A DNA stretch of 64,000 nt, from assembly GCA_964607485.1 (NCBI GenBank), contig CAZSKP010000022.1:1-64000 (forward strand). Direction: 5' to 3'. Below are positions 1 through 9,516 of this stretch, one piece after another. The position numbers and the translations under genes were made by a program. Origin of the DNA: an uncultured bacterium. GTDB taxonomy: Bacteria > Abyssobacteria > SURF-5. The number at the start of each line of letters is the position of its first letter. Within the stretch, counting starts at the first letter, position 1. Under the pieces are notes generated by a model that was given only the letters and a program-made list of their open reading frames with translations, had not been told where the DNA came from and did no database searches.

Positions 1-53
1 ATCGTCCCCACGTTCACGTGCGGCTTCGTACGCTCAAATTTCTGCTTGGCCAT
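1..53 (-). CDS. tuf: Elongation factor Tu, 5' fragment (runs off the window)
   Basis: Minus strand from the ATG at 53 reads MAKQKFERTKPHVNVGT, the EF-Tu N-terminus. Lies downstream of a Thr-Tyr-Gly-Thr tRNA cluster, as in tufB operons. Confidence 0.97.
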   Translation of the reverse strand, partial: MAKQKFERTKPHVNVGT

Positions 54-160
54 GAGTGCCTCCTGAGTTTTGGGCGAGCCAACAGGCTTGCCGATACGCT
101 GTTCAACGCGCGTGCATCACCAAGGTTGTTTCCCCGATCCTGTCCGCTCCTTCGCAGTTG

Positions 161-233
161 AGCCCACGACCGGACTTGAACCGGTGACCACGTGCTTACC
201 ATGCACGTGCTCTACCAACTGAGCTACGTGGGC
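161..233 (-). tRNA. tRNA-Thr(GGT)
   Basis: GCCCACGTAGCTCAGTTGGTAGAGCA-CGTGC-ATGGTAA-GCACG-TGGTCACCGGTTCAAGTCCGGTCGTGGGCT forms a cloverleaf; followed by CAA, not CCA. Confidence 0.96.
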
Positions 234-246
234 GAGTCTTATAAAA

Positions 247-322
247 TGGAGCGGGAAACGGGATTCGAACCCGCGACCCTCAGCTTGGAAGGCTGGTGCT
301 CTACCAACTGAGCTACTCCCGC
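247..322 (-). tRNA. tRNA-Gly(TCC)
   Basis: GCGGGAGTAGCTCAGTTGGTAGAGCA...CTTCCAA...GGTTCGAATCCCGTTTCCCGCTCCA; CCA encoded. Confidence 0.96.
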
Positions 323-341
323 ACCCAAAAATTCTTGCGTG

Positions 342-423
342 TGGGGAGAGGAGGATTCGAACCTCCGAAGGCAACGCCAACAGATTTACAGTCTGCCCCC
401 TTTGGCCGCTTGGGTATCTCCCC
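342..423 (-). tRNA. tRNA-Tyr(GTA)
   Basis: GGGGAGATACCCAAGCGGCCAAAGGGG-GCAGA-CTGTAAA-TCTGT, then a long variable arm, then GGAGGTTCGAATCCTCCTCTCCCCA; CCA not encoded. Confidence 0.96.
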
Positions 424-458
424 GAAAAAAAAGCCCCCAGAACGCATCCTCGACCGGA

Positions 459-533
459 TGGAGCTGGCGAAGGGAATCGAACCCCCAACCAGCCGCTTAC
501 AAGGCGGCTGCTCTACCTTTGAGCTACGCCAGC
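459..533 (-). tRNA. tRNA-Thr(TGT)
   Basis: GCTGGCGTAGCTCAAAGGTAGAGCA-GCCGC-CTTGTAA-GCGGC...GGTTCGATTCCCTTCGCCAGCTCCA. Confidence 0.96.
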
Positions 534-556
534 ATAAGCGATTCCACAGGCGAGGG

Positions 557-585
557 ATGTTACCAGCTTCTGGACGAAAAGTCAA
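557..585 (-). promoter_or_regulatory. Putative sigma70 promoter of the tRNA-tuf operon
   Basis: TTGACT-17 nt-TAACAT on the minus strand, about 24 nt upstream of tRNA-Thr(TGT). Confidence 0.6.
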
Positions 586-683
586 GCAGACTACAGGATA
601 AAACCCAGTTTTTACCAAAGAAGTTTAACAGAAACGAAGGCAATTGTCAAGGCGAGCGCGATTCTGCCATTACCGCTAAGTGC

Positions 684-712
684 TTGACAGGCTTGAAAAT
701 ATATGCTAAGCT
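684..712 (+). promoter_or_regulatory. Putative sigma70 promoter of the REC-GGDEF gene
   Basis: TTGACA-17 nt-TAAGCT with an extended -10 TG. Confidence 0.55.
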
Positions 713-790
713 TTGCAAACCGAATGGCTTGGCCTCCGAGAGCACTCCGATGGGCGGGAGCACAAATTGAATTCGCAGCGGGAGAACGGC

Positions 791-1774
791 ATGAGCGAAG
801 CGCAGCCTCAGAAACTGCCCCTCGTCCTGGTTGTTGACGATGAACAGGTCATGCAGGACGTGATGCGAGACATTCTTCAGGAAGCGGGCTACGAGGTCGA
901 TGTCGCCGACAACGGCCAGAAGGCGCTCGAGCAGTTGAAGAAGAAGGTGTACGGGCTTGTGTTTGCGGACGTCAGAATGCCGAAGATGGACGGAATGGAG
1001 TTCCTCAGGAGGGCGAAGCATCTGACGCCGGAACTTGACGTTATCCTGATGACCGGATTCGCAAGTGTGGACATAGCTGTTGAGGCGATGAAGCTCGGAG
1101 CCCTGGATTTCATCACGAAACCTTTTAACATGGACCACGTGAGAATAGTCGCCGCTCGCGCGATCGAGCGCAAGATATTGAAGAGGCAGGCGGACGAAGG
1201 CGAATACTACAAGAAGATATCGCTCACCGACGGTCTGACTGAGCTGTACAATCACCGACATTTTCATCTTATGCTCACCACCGAGCTGAGCCGTTCGGAG
1301 CGGAACAGACGCTGCTTCTGTCTGCTGATGATAGACGTGGACGCTTTCAAGAAATATAACGACTCTTTGGGACACCCTACCGGCGATCAGGCGCTGAAAT
1401 TTCTGGCCTGGCTGTTGAAGCATCATGCCCGTTTCTCGGACGTGGTATGTAGGTATGGGGGCGAAGAATTTACGATGATTCTGCCCGAAACCAACGCGGT
1501 CGCGGGCAGGACGGCCGCCGAACGTCTTCGGCAAAAGGTGGATGAGGCGGAATTTTATCGGCAAGATGTGATGCCGAACGGGAACTTTACCGTGAGCATC
1601 GGGGTGGCATGTTTTCCAGACGATGCGCAATCCGCCGAAGAGCTTCTGAATAAAGCCGACCGGGCGCTGTACCAGGCAAAGAAAGAGGGAAAGAACAAAA
1701 TAGTCGCGTGGGCCGACATGCAGGGCAACGCAGCCGTTAAGAAAACCGACAAAGGCACACAGCACTTTCCCTGA
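791..1774 (+). CDS. Response regulator diguanylate cyclase (REC-GGDEF)
   Basis: REC motifs VLVVDDE, DVRMP and FITKPF; DGLTELYN, GGEEF active site and RxxD I-site (RFSD). ATG at 791 follows GGGAGA. Confidence 0.93.
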   Translation: MSEAQPQKLPLVLVVDDEQVMQDVMRDILQEAGYEVDVADNGQKALEQLKKKVYGLVFADVRMPKMDGMEFLRRAKHLTPELDVILMTGFASVDIAVEAMKLGALDFITKPFNMDHVRIVAARAIERKILKRQADEGEYYKKISLTDGLTELYNHRHFHLMLTTELSRSERNRRCFCLLMIDVDAFKKYNDSLGHPTGDQALKFLAWLLKHHARFSDVVCRYGGEEFTMILPETNAVAGRTAAERLRQKVDEAEFYRQDVMPNGNFTVSIGVACFPDDAQSAEELLNKADRALYQAKKEGKNKIVAWADMQGNAAVKKTDKGTQHFP

Positions 1775-1884
1775 GCAAAATGATTCTCAGAAAAATTGAA
1801 GGCATGACCTCCCGCCCCGTTCATTAAGGAAACGCCGCTCCCCAACTTCCATCGAACATTCAATTCCATCAAACGAAAAGCCGT

Positions 1885-2370
1885 TCATGTCTCGTGTCCG
1901 CACTCGCCGCCCTCGCCGCGGAGCAGTTCGAGCGCGTGGGGTATGGCGGGCTTGATGAAGGAAAAGCACTCCCGAACGGCTTTGGGGCTGCCGGGAAGGT
2001 TGATGATGAGCGCGCGCCCCAGCGTGCCCGCCACCGCGCGGGAGAGCATCGCGGTCGGAGCGACTTCGACACTTCTCAGCCGCATGACTTCGGTGATGCC
2101 CGGGACTTCCTTTTCGATGACCGAACGCGTGGCCTCGGGAGTGACATCGCGGGGGGCTATGCCCGTGCCTCCAGTCGTGAGCACCAGGTCGGCCGTCTGC
2201 GCCATGCGCCTCAGCGCAGATTCCACCTGAGGACGTTCGTCGGGCACGATGTCGTGTTCGAGGATTTCCCCTCCCATCTCCTCGACGATTTCGCGAAGTG
2301 TCGAGCCGCTCTTGTCCTCGCGCTCGCCGCGTGAACCTTTGTCGCTTACCGTAAGGATGGCAACCCGCAT
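1885..2370 (-). CDS. mogA: Molybdopterin adenylyltransferase, MogA/MoaB family
   Basis: LTVSD, TTGGTG, RDVTPEAT and INLPGSP motifs. Confidence 0.92.
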   Translation of the reverse strand: MRVAILTVSDKGSRGEREDKSGSTLREIVEEMGGEILEHDIVPDERPQVESALRRMAQTADLVLTTGGTGIAPRDVTPEATRSVIEKEVPGITEVMRLRSVEVAPTAMLSRAVAGTLGRALIINLPGSPKAVRECFSFIKPAIPHALELLRGEGGECGHET

Positions 2371-2425
2371 TCCGGATTCTCCCGACCGTCAACTCTCCAG
2401 GCTTGAGCAATGCGTGCCCTGCCGC

Positions 2426-2863
2426 TCAATCCTCGACCAGAATCTTGTCGCCCTTCTTGATCGTGCCCCCACGCAGCACCCGCGCGAAGATTCCCTCTCG
2501 GGGCATCACGCAATCGCCGGCGGCGTAGTAAACGGCGCACCTGTCGTGACATTCCTTTCCGATCTGGGTGACCTCGACGAGGGTCTCGCCGATATGGATT
2601 TTGGTGTCCACGGGGATCTCGTAGAGGACGAGGCCGCGCGTGGTGATGTTCTCGGCGAAATCTCCATAGCCGACGTCGAGCCCCTTTTCGCGCATCTTTT
2701 CGATGCTCTCCTCGGCCAGCAGGCTCACCTGTCGGTGCCAGGGCCCGCCGTGCGCATCGCCCTCGATACCGTGCTCCGGGAGCAGCAGCGCGGACTCGAC
2801 GGGCGTCTTCTGCGTGCCCTTTGCAGAACTGACCGAAATGGAAACGACGATTCCCTCTTTCAT
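2426..2863 (-). CDS. MOSC domain protein
   Basis: GIEGDAH, RQVSLL, FAENITT, TQIGKECH and CVMPREGIF motifs. Confidence 0.9.
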   Translation of the reverse strand: MKEGIVVSISVSSAKGTQKTPVESALLLPEHGIEGDAHGGPWHRQVSLLAEESIEKMREKGLDVGYGDFAENITTRGLVLYEIPVDTKIHIGETLVEVTQIGKECHDRCAVYYAAGDCVMPREGIFARVLRGGTIKKGDKILVED

Positions 2864-2918
2864 CTTATTCCCCCGCGAGGCTCATCATCCCTGAAACAGG
2901 GCGCGTAGGATGTGGCGC

Positions 2919-3392
2919 TCACTCCTTCTTCTTGTACTTCCCGCTCTTGCCACCCGATTTTTCGAGGAGCTCGATGTCGGAGATGGTGATCCCCCTCTCG
3001 GCCGATTTGCACATGTCATATATCGTCAGCGCCGCGACGGCGACCGCAGTGAGCGCCTCCATTTCGACTCCCGTCTTGGCGGTCACCCTCGCCTCGGAGA
3101 TAATTTCTATCGAATTCCGGGCAGTCCGGAACTCTATCTTGACGTTCTCCAGAGGGAGCGGGTGGCACAGGGGGATCAATTTGTCGGTCTGTTTCGCAGC
3201 CATTATTCCGGCAAGCCGGGCGACCTCAAATACGTCTCCCTTCTGAATCCTCTTGTCGATGATGAGCCGGAGTGTCTCCGGTTTCATTGTCACCGTAGCG
3301 CGGGCGCGAGCGACCCTGCGCGTCGCCCGTTTGCGGCCGACATCCACCATCCGCGACGCGCCCTTCTCATCAAAATGGGATAATTTTGTCAT
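2919..3392 (-). CDS. moaC: Cyclic pyranopterin monophosphate synthase MoaC
   Basis: LSHFD...MVDV, LIPLCHP, TGVEMEAL, YDMCK and KSGGKSG motifs. Confidence 0.96.
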   Translation of the reverse strand: MTKLSHFDEKGASRMVDVGRKRATRRVARARATVTMKPETLRLIIDKRIQKGDVFEVARLAGIMAAKQTDKLIPLCHPLPLENVKIEFRTARNSIEIISEARVTAKTGVEMEALTAVAVAALTIYDMCKSAERGITISDIELLEKSGGKSGKYKKKE

Positions 3393-3402
3393 AACGAATC
3401 CT

Positions 3403-4422
3403 TTAGATTATGCGAACGGCGTCAGCATCGAAAATACAGTATACATCTTCCCCAAGCCTCAGTTGAAGCTGCGACAACACTTGCTCGGAAACCACGCTGC
3501 TGAGCCGGACTCCGATATCCACCGTCACTCGCGCATAGGATTCATGAAGCGTCATCCGCACTATCCTTCCCCGGTGGCAGTTCCGGTCTTGGTCCGTTGA
3601 AGGACTGCGCGAGAGAATTATATCACGCGAGCCGATGGATATGTGCACTGCCCCGGAGGAGTCCGAACCAAGAGCGAATCCAAGCGTATCGCTGAGGAAG
3701 ACCTTTGCCTTGCCGTCGCTCTTGCGCACGGTTCCCTTGAAAATGTTCTCATACGGCAGCGACTCGATTCGCCCGCTGCTCAGAAAGATGATGCGCTGCG
3801 CCAGCACTGACGCCTGCCGATAATTGTGCGTCGAGAATATGACAGTCGTCCTGGTGTCGGCCGTGAGTTCGCGAATGAGAGATTCGACATCGCGCGCATG
3901 TTTCTTGTCGATGCTGGCCGTGGGCTCGTCGAGGAGGAGCACCTCGGGCTCGAGCGCCAGCGCACGGGCAAGGGCCACGCGCTGCTGTTCTCCGCTCGAG
4001 AGTTTTCTGGCATCCCTTCTCTCAAAACCTTCGAGCCCGACAGTTTTCAGGAGGCCGAGCGTCTTTTCCCGCGAGAGCTTCCGCGGCGCGCCCCTGACCT
4101 TCATCCCATAAGCGATGTTGTATCCGACGGACCGGTTGAACAGGTAGGGCGGATGGGTGACCATGGTGATGCGCCGCATTAACAGCGTGTGCTGCGCCGC
4201 TCCGTTCCAAACGGGGTTCGAATCGAAGACAATGCGGCCGGTAGTGGGCCTTTCGATGAGCGCGAGCAGTTTCAGCAGAGTTGTCTTGCCGGAACCGTTC
4301 GGGCCCACCAGGGCGCACGTTTCCCCGCGCGTGAAGTCGAGCCGGGGGATGTCGAGGACAATCCCGCCTCCATACGACTTCTTGACGTTCGCCAGCTCGT
4401 ATATGTTCCCGTTGGGGCTCAT
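3403..4422 (-). CDS. tupC: Tungstate ABC transporter ATPase with C-terminal TOBE-like region
   Basis: GPNGSGKT, LSSGEQQR and LLLDEPT motifs; in an operon with tupAB. Confidence 0.85.
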   Translation of the reverse strand: MSPNGNIYELANVKKSYGGGIVLDIPRLDFTRGETCALVGPNGSGKTTLLKLLALIERPTTGRIVFDSNPVWNGAAQHTLLMRRITMVTHPPYLFNRSVGYNIAYGMKVRGAPRKLSREKTLGLLKTVGLEGFERRDARKLSSGEQQRVALARALALEPEVLLLDEPTASIDKKHARDVESLIRELTADTRTTVIFSTHNYRQASVLAQRIIFLSSGRIESLPYENIFKGTVRKSDGKAKVFLSDTLGFALGSDSSGAVHISIGSRDIILSRSPSTDQDRNCHRGRIVRMTLHESYARVTVDIGVRLSSVVSEQVLSQLQLRLGEDVYCIFDADAVRII

Positions 4423-4449
4423 TGATTCTTTTTTCCGCTTCGACTCGAT

Positions 4450-5142
4450 TTAGGTCCCTCTCAGACGAAAACTCTGGACCATCGCGTTCATCGAGAGCGC
4501 TATCAGGAGCAGAATGATTCCCAAAGCCATGGCGAGCGCGAACTCGCCCTTGCCGGTTTCCAGAGCGATGGCGGTCGTCATCGTCCGCGTATATCCGTGG
4601 ATATTGCCCCCGAGTATCATTGCCGAGCCGACCTCGGCAATGACGCGGCCAAACCCGGCCGCAACGGCCACGATTATTGCGTAGCGCGCCTCGTTCAGGA
4701 TTGTCGCGGCGGTCTGGACGGCGTTGGCGCCGAGGGTGCGCGCGGTCTCGCCGACACGGGCATCGATCGATTTCGTCGCGGAAAGGGAAAGCGCCGCGAT
4801 TATCGGTGTCGCGAGGATGAACTGACCGATAATCATTGCGGTCGGCGTGAACAGCAGCCCGTATACCCCCAGCGGCCCGCGGCGGGATATGAACGAATAC
4901 ACGGTCAGCCCCACGACGACGGTGGGCAACGCCATACACGTGTTCAAAGCCACTTCGACGTGATGTTTCCCCCTGAACTGGGTAACGGCGATAACGAAGC
5001 CCAGCGGCACGCCCACGGCGCTCGCGAGCAGCGTGGCCGTGATTGACACTCGCAGTGAGGTCCACACGATGACCGCAAGGTCGTGGTCAAAGTGAACTAT
5101 CAGCCATAAGGCTTTCTTAACGGCCTCGGAAATGTACTCCAT
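4450..5142 (-). CDS. tupB: Tungstate ABC transporter permease
   Basis: ALPTVVVGL, RRGPLG, FGRVIAEVG and GGNIHGYTRTMTTAI motifs. Confidence 0.9.
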   Translation of the reverse strand: MEYISEAVKKALWLIVHFDHDLAVIVWTSLRVSITATLLASAVGVPLGFVIAVTQFRGKHHVEVALNTCMALPTVVVGLTVYSFISRRGPLGVYGLLFTPTAMIIGQFILATPIIAALSLSATKSIDARVGETARTLGANAVQTAATILNEARYAIIVAVAAGFGRVIAEVGSAMILGGNIHGYTRTMTTAIALETGKGEFALAMALGIILLLIALSMNAMVQSFRLRGT

Positions 5143-5180
5143 AGTAGATTAACCGACTTAACGACAAAGAGCCCGCCTGC

Positions 5181-6011
5181 TCAGTGTTCCCCCTGCTCAA
5201 CGCCCTGCGGCTTTGCCGAAGGGACGAACAAGGCCTGTCCGTTCTTCTTGAAGTCGCCGATGATTTTCTGGCCCTCGGGAGACGTGATCCAATCGATCAA
5301 CTGCATCGCGCCAGTGTAGTTCACGTATGGGTATACCCCGGGATTGACCGCAATTATCCCGTATGGATTAAAGAGCTCCGGGTCGCCTTCGAGGAGGATG
5401 GCAAGGTCGAGCTTGCCGGCATAGGCGAGCCATGTTCCCCTGTCGGTGAGCGTGTAAGCGCGTTTCTCGTCGGCTATCTGCAGCACTGCGCCCATTCCCT
5501 GCCCCGCTTCCATATACCATTTGCCCTCGGGCTCGACTCCGGCGAGTTCCCAGATCTTCTTCTCCTTCTTGTTCGTGCCTGAGTCGTCGCCCCGGGAGAC
5601 GAACGGCGCTTTTGCGAGTGCGATGGTCTTGAAGGCCTCCGCCGCGGTCGAGTTTTTCTTTACCCTGGCGGGATTGTCTCTGGGGCCGACCAGAACGAAG
5701 TCGTTGTACATCACGTCGCGCCTGTTAATGCCGTACCCTTTGTCAACGAATTCCTTTTCGGCCTCAGGCGCATGGACGAGGACAACGTCCACGTCTCCGT
5801 TCTCGCCCAGCTTGAGGGCTTTGCCCGTGCCCACCGCGATAACGTCCACTTTCACGTCGTATTTCTGCTCGAACGGCGGCAGCAACACAGCCAGCAGGCC
5901 GGAATTGTCGGTGCTGGTTGTTGTGGCCAGGCGGATACGTTGTTCGGCCGAAACGGGGGAAGAGAGAAAGATACTCAATAGGGCAATCAGCAAGAATCTC
6001 AGGTGTTTCAT
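5181..6011 (-). CDS. tupA: Tungstate-binding protein TupA
   Basis: Signal peptide; TTTS tungstate-selectivity motif (ATTTSTDNSGLL), VGTGKAL and SRGDDSGT. Confidence 0.93.
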   Translation of the reverse strand: MKHLRFLLIALLSIFLSSPVSAEQRIRLATTTSTDNSGLLAVLLPPFEQKYDVKVDVIAVGTGKALKLGENGDVDVVLVHAPEAEKEFVDKGYGINRRDVMYNDFVLVGPRDNPARVKKNSTAAEAFKTIALAKAPFVSRGDDSGTNKKEKKIWELAGVEPEGKWYMEAGQGMGAVLQIADEKRAYTLTDRGTWLAYAGKLDLAILLEGDPELFNPYGIIAVNPGVYPYVNYTGAMQLIDWITSPEGQKIIGDFKKNGQALFVPSAKPQGVEQGEH

Positions 6012-6064
6012 CCGACGACCTCCTTATCGGCTAAAAACGGCCGCCACGAGAACCGCGTGGCCAC

Positions 6065-6104
6065 AAAAAAATTCAGCCAGCCCCCAAACCTTACGGAACT
6101 GGCT
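6065..6104 (-). terminator. Terminator-like expression platform in the tupA leader
   Basis: AGCCAG...CTGGCT hairpin followed by GAA and a T7 tract, between the riboswitch and the tupA start. Confidence 0.6.
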
Positions 6105-6114
6105 TTCGCGCGGC

Positions 6115-6214
6115 GTTTTCTCCTTTCCGAGGATGGGGGGCACGGACGTTTCCGTCCGCACCTGCCGTTCAACCGCCATAGCCGCCGGCCGTAGGCATGT
6201 TGAATCGGAGAAAG
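6115..6214 (-). ncRNA. Moco RNA motif riboswitch, probable tungsten-cofactor (P3-less) variant
   Basis: CTCCGA...TTCAAC-CCTA...TATGG-GTTGAA, GCGGACG-GAAA-CGTCCGT, CCCCCC...GGAAAGGAG match the Moco RNA consensus; lies upstream of tup/moa genes. Confidence 0.85.
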
Positions 6215-6223
6215 CCACCCGCT

Positions 6224-6252
6224 ATTATAGCCTACCCGGTGATTTTAGTCAA
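6224..6252 (-). promoter_or_regulatory. sigma70 promoter of the tup-moa operon
   Basis: TTGACT-17 nt-TATAAT directly upstream of the riboswitch. Confidence 0.8.
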
Positions 6253-6314
6253 TTCACGCTGAACTGAGACACCCTGCCGGGGGGACTATCGCGCGGGAAA
6301 GATGCAGAACGTCC

Positions 6315-7634
6315 TCAGGGGTTCGCCTTTGGCTCCATAACCATCGGCGCGGCGGGATGTTCGGGCACGCCTTTCCCAAGCAGCAAGAGCTCCCACATTC
6401 CCAATCCGAACAGCATTAATGTGGCGGCGTCGAGCAGAATGGCGCTGTGATACGGATTTGTGACCGAGAACAGCGTCCTTATTGGAAGCTCCGCTATCAC
6501 GACGACCGCTGCGGCAGCCAGGATGCGACGAGTCACCACTGCCCATGACGCCGTGGGCCGGGCGGCGCCCAACGGACGGAGGATGATGAGGGCCATCGGG
6601 ACGGTGAGAACGAAGTAGTGCAGCCAGACCAGCGTTGCAGATAGCAGGTATATCAAGCATCCGGCCGCCACCATGAGCATATCCTCAAGCAACTCTCTCT
6701 CTCGGCCGGATTCGCCATTCTCGGTTTTTGGGCCGATTCTCCCTGCGTTGCGCCAGCCGACCCAGACAAACGCGGTCGCCACTGCAAGCAAGGCGGCCGT
6801 GAGGAGCATCGAAGTCTTGACACCCATCCAATCGTAGATAAGCATCGCAGGAGCGTAGTTGTGCATCTTCACTACATACAGGTAATCGGACAATTTCGGC
6901 ACTACCTTCAACCAGTCGAGCCAGCACCGAACCGACCCATATACAGCGCTGGAGAAGATGAAAGAGCCGAGAGCGGCAAGGATGATGCCCGCATACACTA
7001 TCGCGGCTTTCCTGAAGCGGCGGTTGATCAGCCACGACACGCTCAGCATCAACACGACGAACATCAAGTTCGGCTTGGACATCGTTCCCAACCCGAGAAC
7101 CAGGCCGGCAAGAAAATTGTGTGCGGGCAATTTCCGCCTGTTCTGGAGCCATAGGAACAACGCGAGCACGCCAAGCTGCAACTGGTTCACATTGGCCACG
7201 CGCACGTCCGACAGCAGCGGCTGAAACCAGTCCATGAAGACGACAATCGCCGCCATCGCCGCGACCGCCGAGTATCCGAGAAGTCTGCCGAAGCCTATGA
7301 TGGCAAGCACGCCCGAGACAAGACAGAGAAGCCGAAAGATCATGAGGTCGCGCGCATAGTCGCCCGAGGAAAACATATAAAACAACGAGTACAGGAACGG
7401 CGTCGAAATACGATAGCCGAAGAATTCGCCGAAATAGATGTTTGGGGTGCTCGACCGCGCGATCTCCTGTCCCACATCCCACTTCTCACGGAAATCGGTT
7501 CCTATGTTCAGCTCCCCGTAATTCCACACTTTTATCAGACAGAAAATGACGAGGAGGAAGACAAGAATGAGGGAAGAGTTTCTTGACAGCCTGTTTTTAA
7601 TGTCCATCTTCATTCCTGGATTCTGCGGCGTCAC
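6315..7634 (-). CDS. GT-C fold membrane glycosyltransferase (GT87/DUF2029-like)
   Basis: Multiple TM segments; NVNQLQL, GLGTMSKP and LVWLHY resemble GT87 motifs. Start uncertain. Confidence 0.6.
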   Translation of the reverse strand: MTPQNPGMKMDIKNRLSRNSSLILVFLLVIFCLIKVWNYGELNIGTDFREKWDVGQEIARSSTPNIYFGEFFGYRISTPFLYSLFYMFSSGDYARDLMIFRLLCLVSGVLAIIGFGRLLGYSAVAAMAAIVVFMDWFQPLLSDVRVANVNQLQLGVLALFLWLQNRRKLPAHNFLAGLVLGLGTMSKPNLMFVVLMLSVSWLINRRFRKAAIVYAGIILAALGSFIFSSAVYGSVRCWLDWLKVVPKLSDYLYVVKMHNYAPAMLIYDWMGVKTSMLLTAALLAVATAFVWVGWRNAGRIGPKTENGESGRERELLEDMLMVAAGCLIYLLSATLVWLHYFVLTVPMALIILRPLGAARPTASWAVVTRRILAAAAVVVIAELPIRTLFSVTNPYHSAILLDAATLMLFGLGMWELLLLGKGVPEHPAAPMVMEPKANP

Positions 7635-7803
7635 CTGAACCCAACAGGTCTCGTTCTGACTGAAACGCGCTCAGCTTCACGTGGACTTCTGTCAAAGAAT
7701 GTGTGCGCGCAAACAGCTCCGTGGTCATATTCTCGGCCAATACACACGCCTTGTCAAGAGAAAACATCCCCGCCTCCGCCTCGGGAAATCGTCGCTCGCG
7801 TCG

Positions 7804-9516
7804 TCATCGTTCCGCCGACTTCTCCGCCGACTGGTCCGTTTCCTCCGGAGACTTGCGGACCAGAATCCTCATGTCTCCATAGGCGGCCAGAAATTCGTAT
7901 TTTCGCTGAATGTATGCCCAAATCGGGCTTATTCTCTGCTCGTTTGGGATACTCAGTATCTTATACTCATTCGGATTATACACGATGAATCTGGGCTGCT
8001 TGGATTCCAGGTCGCTTATGACTTCCTCCATATATTCATGGCGAATCGTGGCGAATATGGCCAAATCGAACCGCGAAGCCGACCTGCGATCGGCGAGGAA
8101 GTAAATATGCCCCTCGTAAGGGAACGTGTAGATTGGGTCGCTCTCGTTCGTGTGGTCCCTCAGAAACCCTACGACGCCGTTGGTATCTTCCGCCTGCGGC
8201 CATGGAACTTTCACGCCGCTCGCTCTGGGCATGATGGTCGAATCCAGCTCGCCGAACAAGGGCGACGGCATTTTCCACCACAGAGCGGAAATGTTCTCCT
8301 TGAAAAATGTGAAGGGGTTGCCGGACAATATGAGTGCAACGCCTATCATCATAAGCACAACCAGATGCTTGAGTCGTCTCCGGCGAGCTGCTCCGCTCTC
8401 CGATGCAGATGCATCTGCGGGCTCGTTTCCGTTCGCATCAGGCCTTAACCATGACTCCAGGAACATCGCTATCGTGGTGAAAACCGTTGGAAGAACCACA
8501 TTGAACTGTGCTTCATGAAGAGCTCGTGTGGCGCCTTTGAGCGAGACGGCAGCGTAGGCCATCAGCGACAAGAGGAAAATCATCCTGTAGCGAGACCTCT
8601 TCCGGTAATTGAAAAGCGTCCAGACCAATATGATCGCCAAGGCAAGGATCATCAAATACAACGCGAACGACCGGCTCTTGAGTATCTCGATGCGCCTGGG
8701 CGAGTACAGAATCCCGGAGATGACGGGGATGACTTCGCCGTAGGGCATTCTCTTCGGGAGAAGGAAAAGGGTGTCGACAAAAGCTATTTTCAGATATTCG
8801 CCGAAGGCGTGAACGTACACCAAGTATAGATACGCAGGCGCGACCATCACGGCGAATCCGATGAAAAAGCGGAAGCCGTTTTGGAACAGCTCCTTCATGA
8901 TGCGTCCGTCCGCCTTGCTTTCGAGCGACTTCAGGAAGATTGCAACCGCGGCGGAAAGCGCCACGGCCAATCCGATTTCCTGGCTGATCAGCAGGCCGAG
9001 TCCGCAGAGCGCTCCCGCAACAAAAAGATGCAACCGTTTCCCGTCACGCAGCCACAGATACAGGAAGAGAAGCCCCGCAAACCCGGGGACCCACCGGACC
9101 CCTCCCCACCGTGCAATCCACCGAAGCTCCATGGGAAAACGCAGGGTGAAGAAGAGCGCGGAGTATTTGAGCACCGGGTTTGAGACCAATGTGCGCAGCA
9201 GGATGAAGGCCGCCACAAGCGACAGTATGTTGCCGAACATGTAAAACCCGCGCAGAACGCCAATGTGCACAGTCAAGAGCTTCATGAGCCAATACGGAAT
9301 GAATTGCAGCAACGGCCCGTGCTGCATGTAGGTCTCGCGGTAAGGGACGGCGCCCCTCAACAGGTCGTTGATACAGGCAAGATGATAGCCCTCATCCAAT
9401 GCGTAGATGTATCCTGAAATAAAATACGGGGTGTAGAGGCTGAAGAAAATGACCAACGGAACCAGGCCGAAATCTATGTATGGTTCCCAAGGTCTGCGGC
9501 GATTGTGCATTGACAC
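7804..9516 (-). CDS. Polytopic membrane protein, GT-C/ArnT-PMT-like
   Basis: ALDEGYH acidic loop, GAVPYRETYMQHGP, many TMs, C-terminal soluble domain (PIYTFPY...IYFLADR). Confidence 0.65.
   Translation of the reverse strand: MSMHNRRRPWEPYIDFGLVPLVIFFSLYTPYFISGYIYALDEGYHLACINDLLRGAVPYRETYMQHGPLLQFIPYWLMKLLTVHIGVLRGFYMFGNILSLVAAFILLRTLVSNPVLKYSALFFTLRFPMELRWIARWGGVRWVPGFAGLLFLYLWLRDGKRLHLFVAGALCGLGLLISQEIGLAVALSAAVAIFLKSLESKADGRIMKELFQNGFRFFIGFAVMVAPAYLYLVYVHAFGEYLKIAFVDTLFLLPKRMPYGEVIPVISGILYSPRRIEILKSRSFALYLMILALAIILVWTLFNYRKRSRYRMIFLLSLMAYAAVSLKGATRALHEAQFNVVLPTVFTTIAMFLESWLRPDANGNEPADASASESGAARRRRLKHLVVLMMIGVALILSGNPFTFFKENISALWWKMPSPLFGELDSTIMPRASGVKVPWPQAEDTNGVVGFLRDHTNESDPIYTFPYEGHIYFLADRRSASRFDLAIFATIRHEYMEEVISDLESKQPRFIVYNPNEYKILSIPNEQRISPIWAYIQRKYEFLAAYGDMRILVRKSPEETDQSAEKSAER

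Noticed and set aside
117-770. ORFs overlapping the tRNA cluster
   Set aside because: Spurious translations of tRNA genes and promoter DNA.
713-790. Possible c-di-GMP riboswitch ahead of the GGDEF gene (GCAAAC...)
   Set aside because: The GNRA/receptor stems and the second conserved GCAAA segment could not be found.
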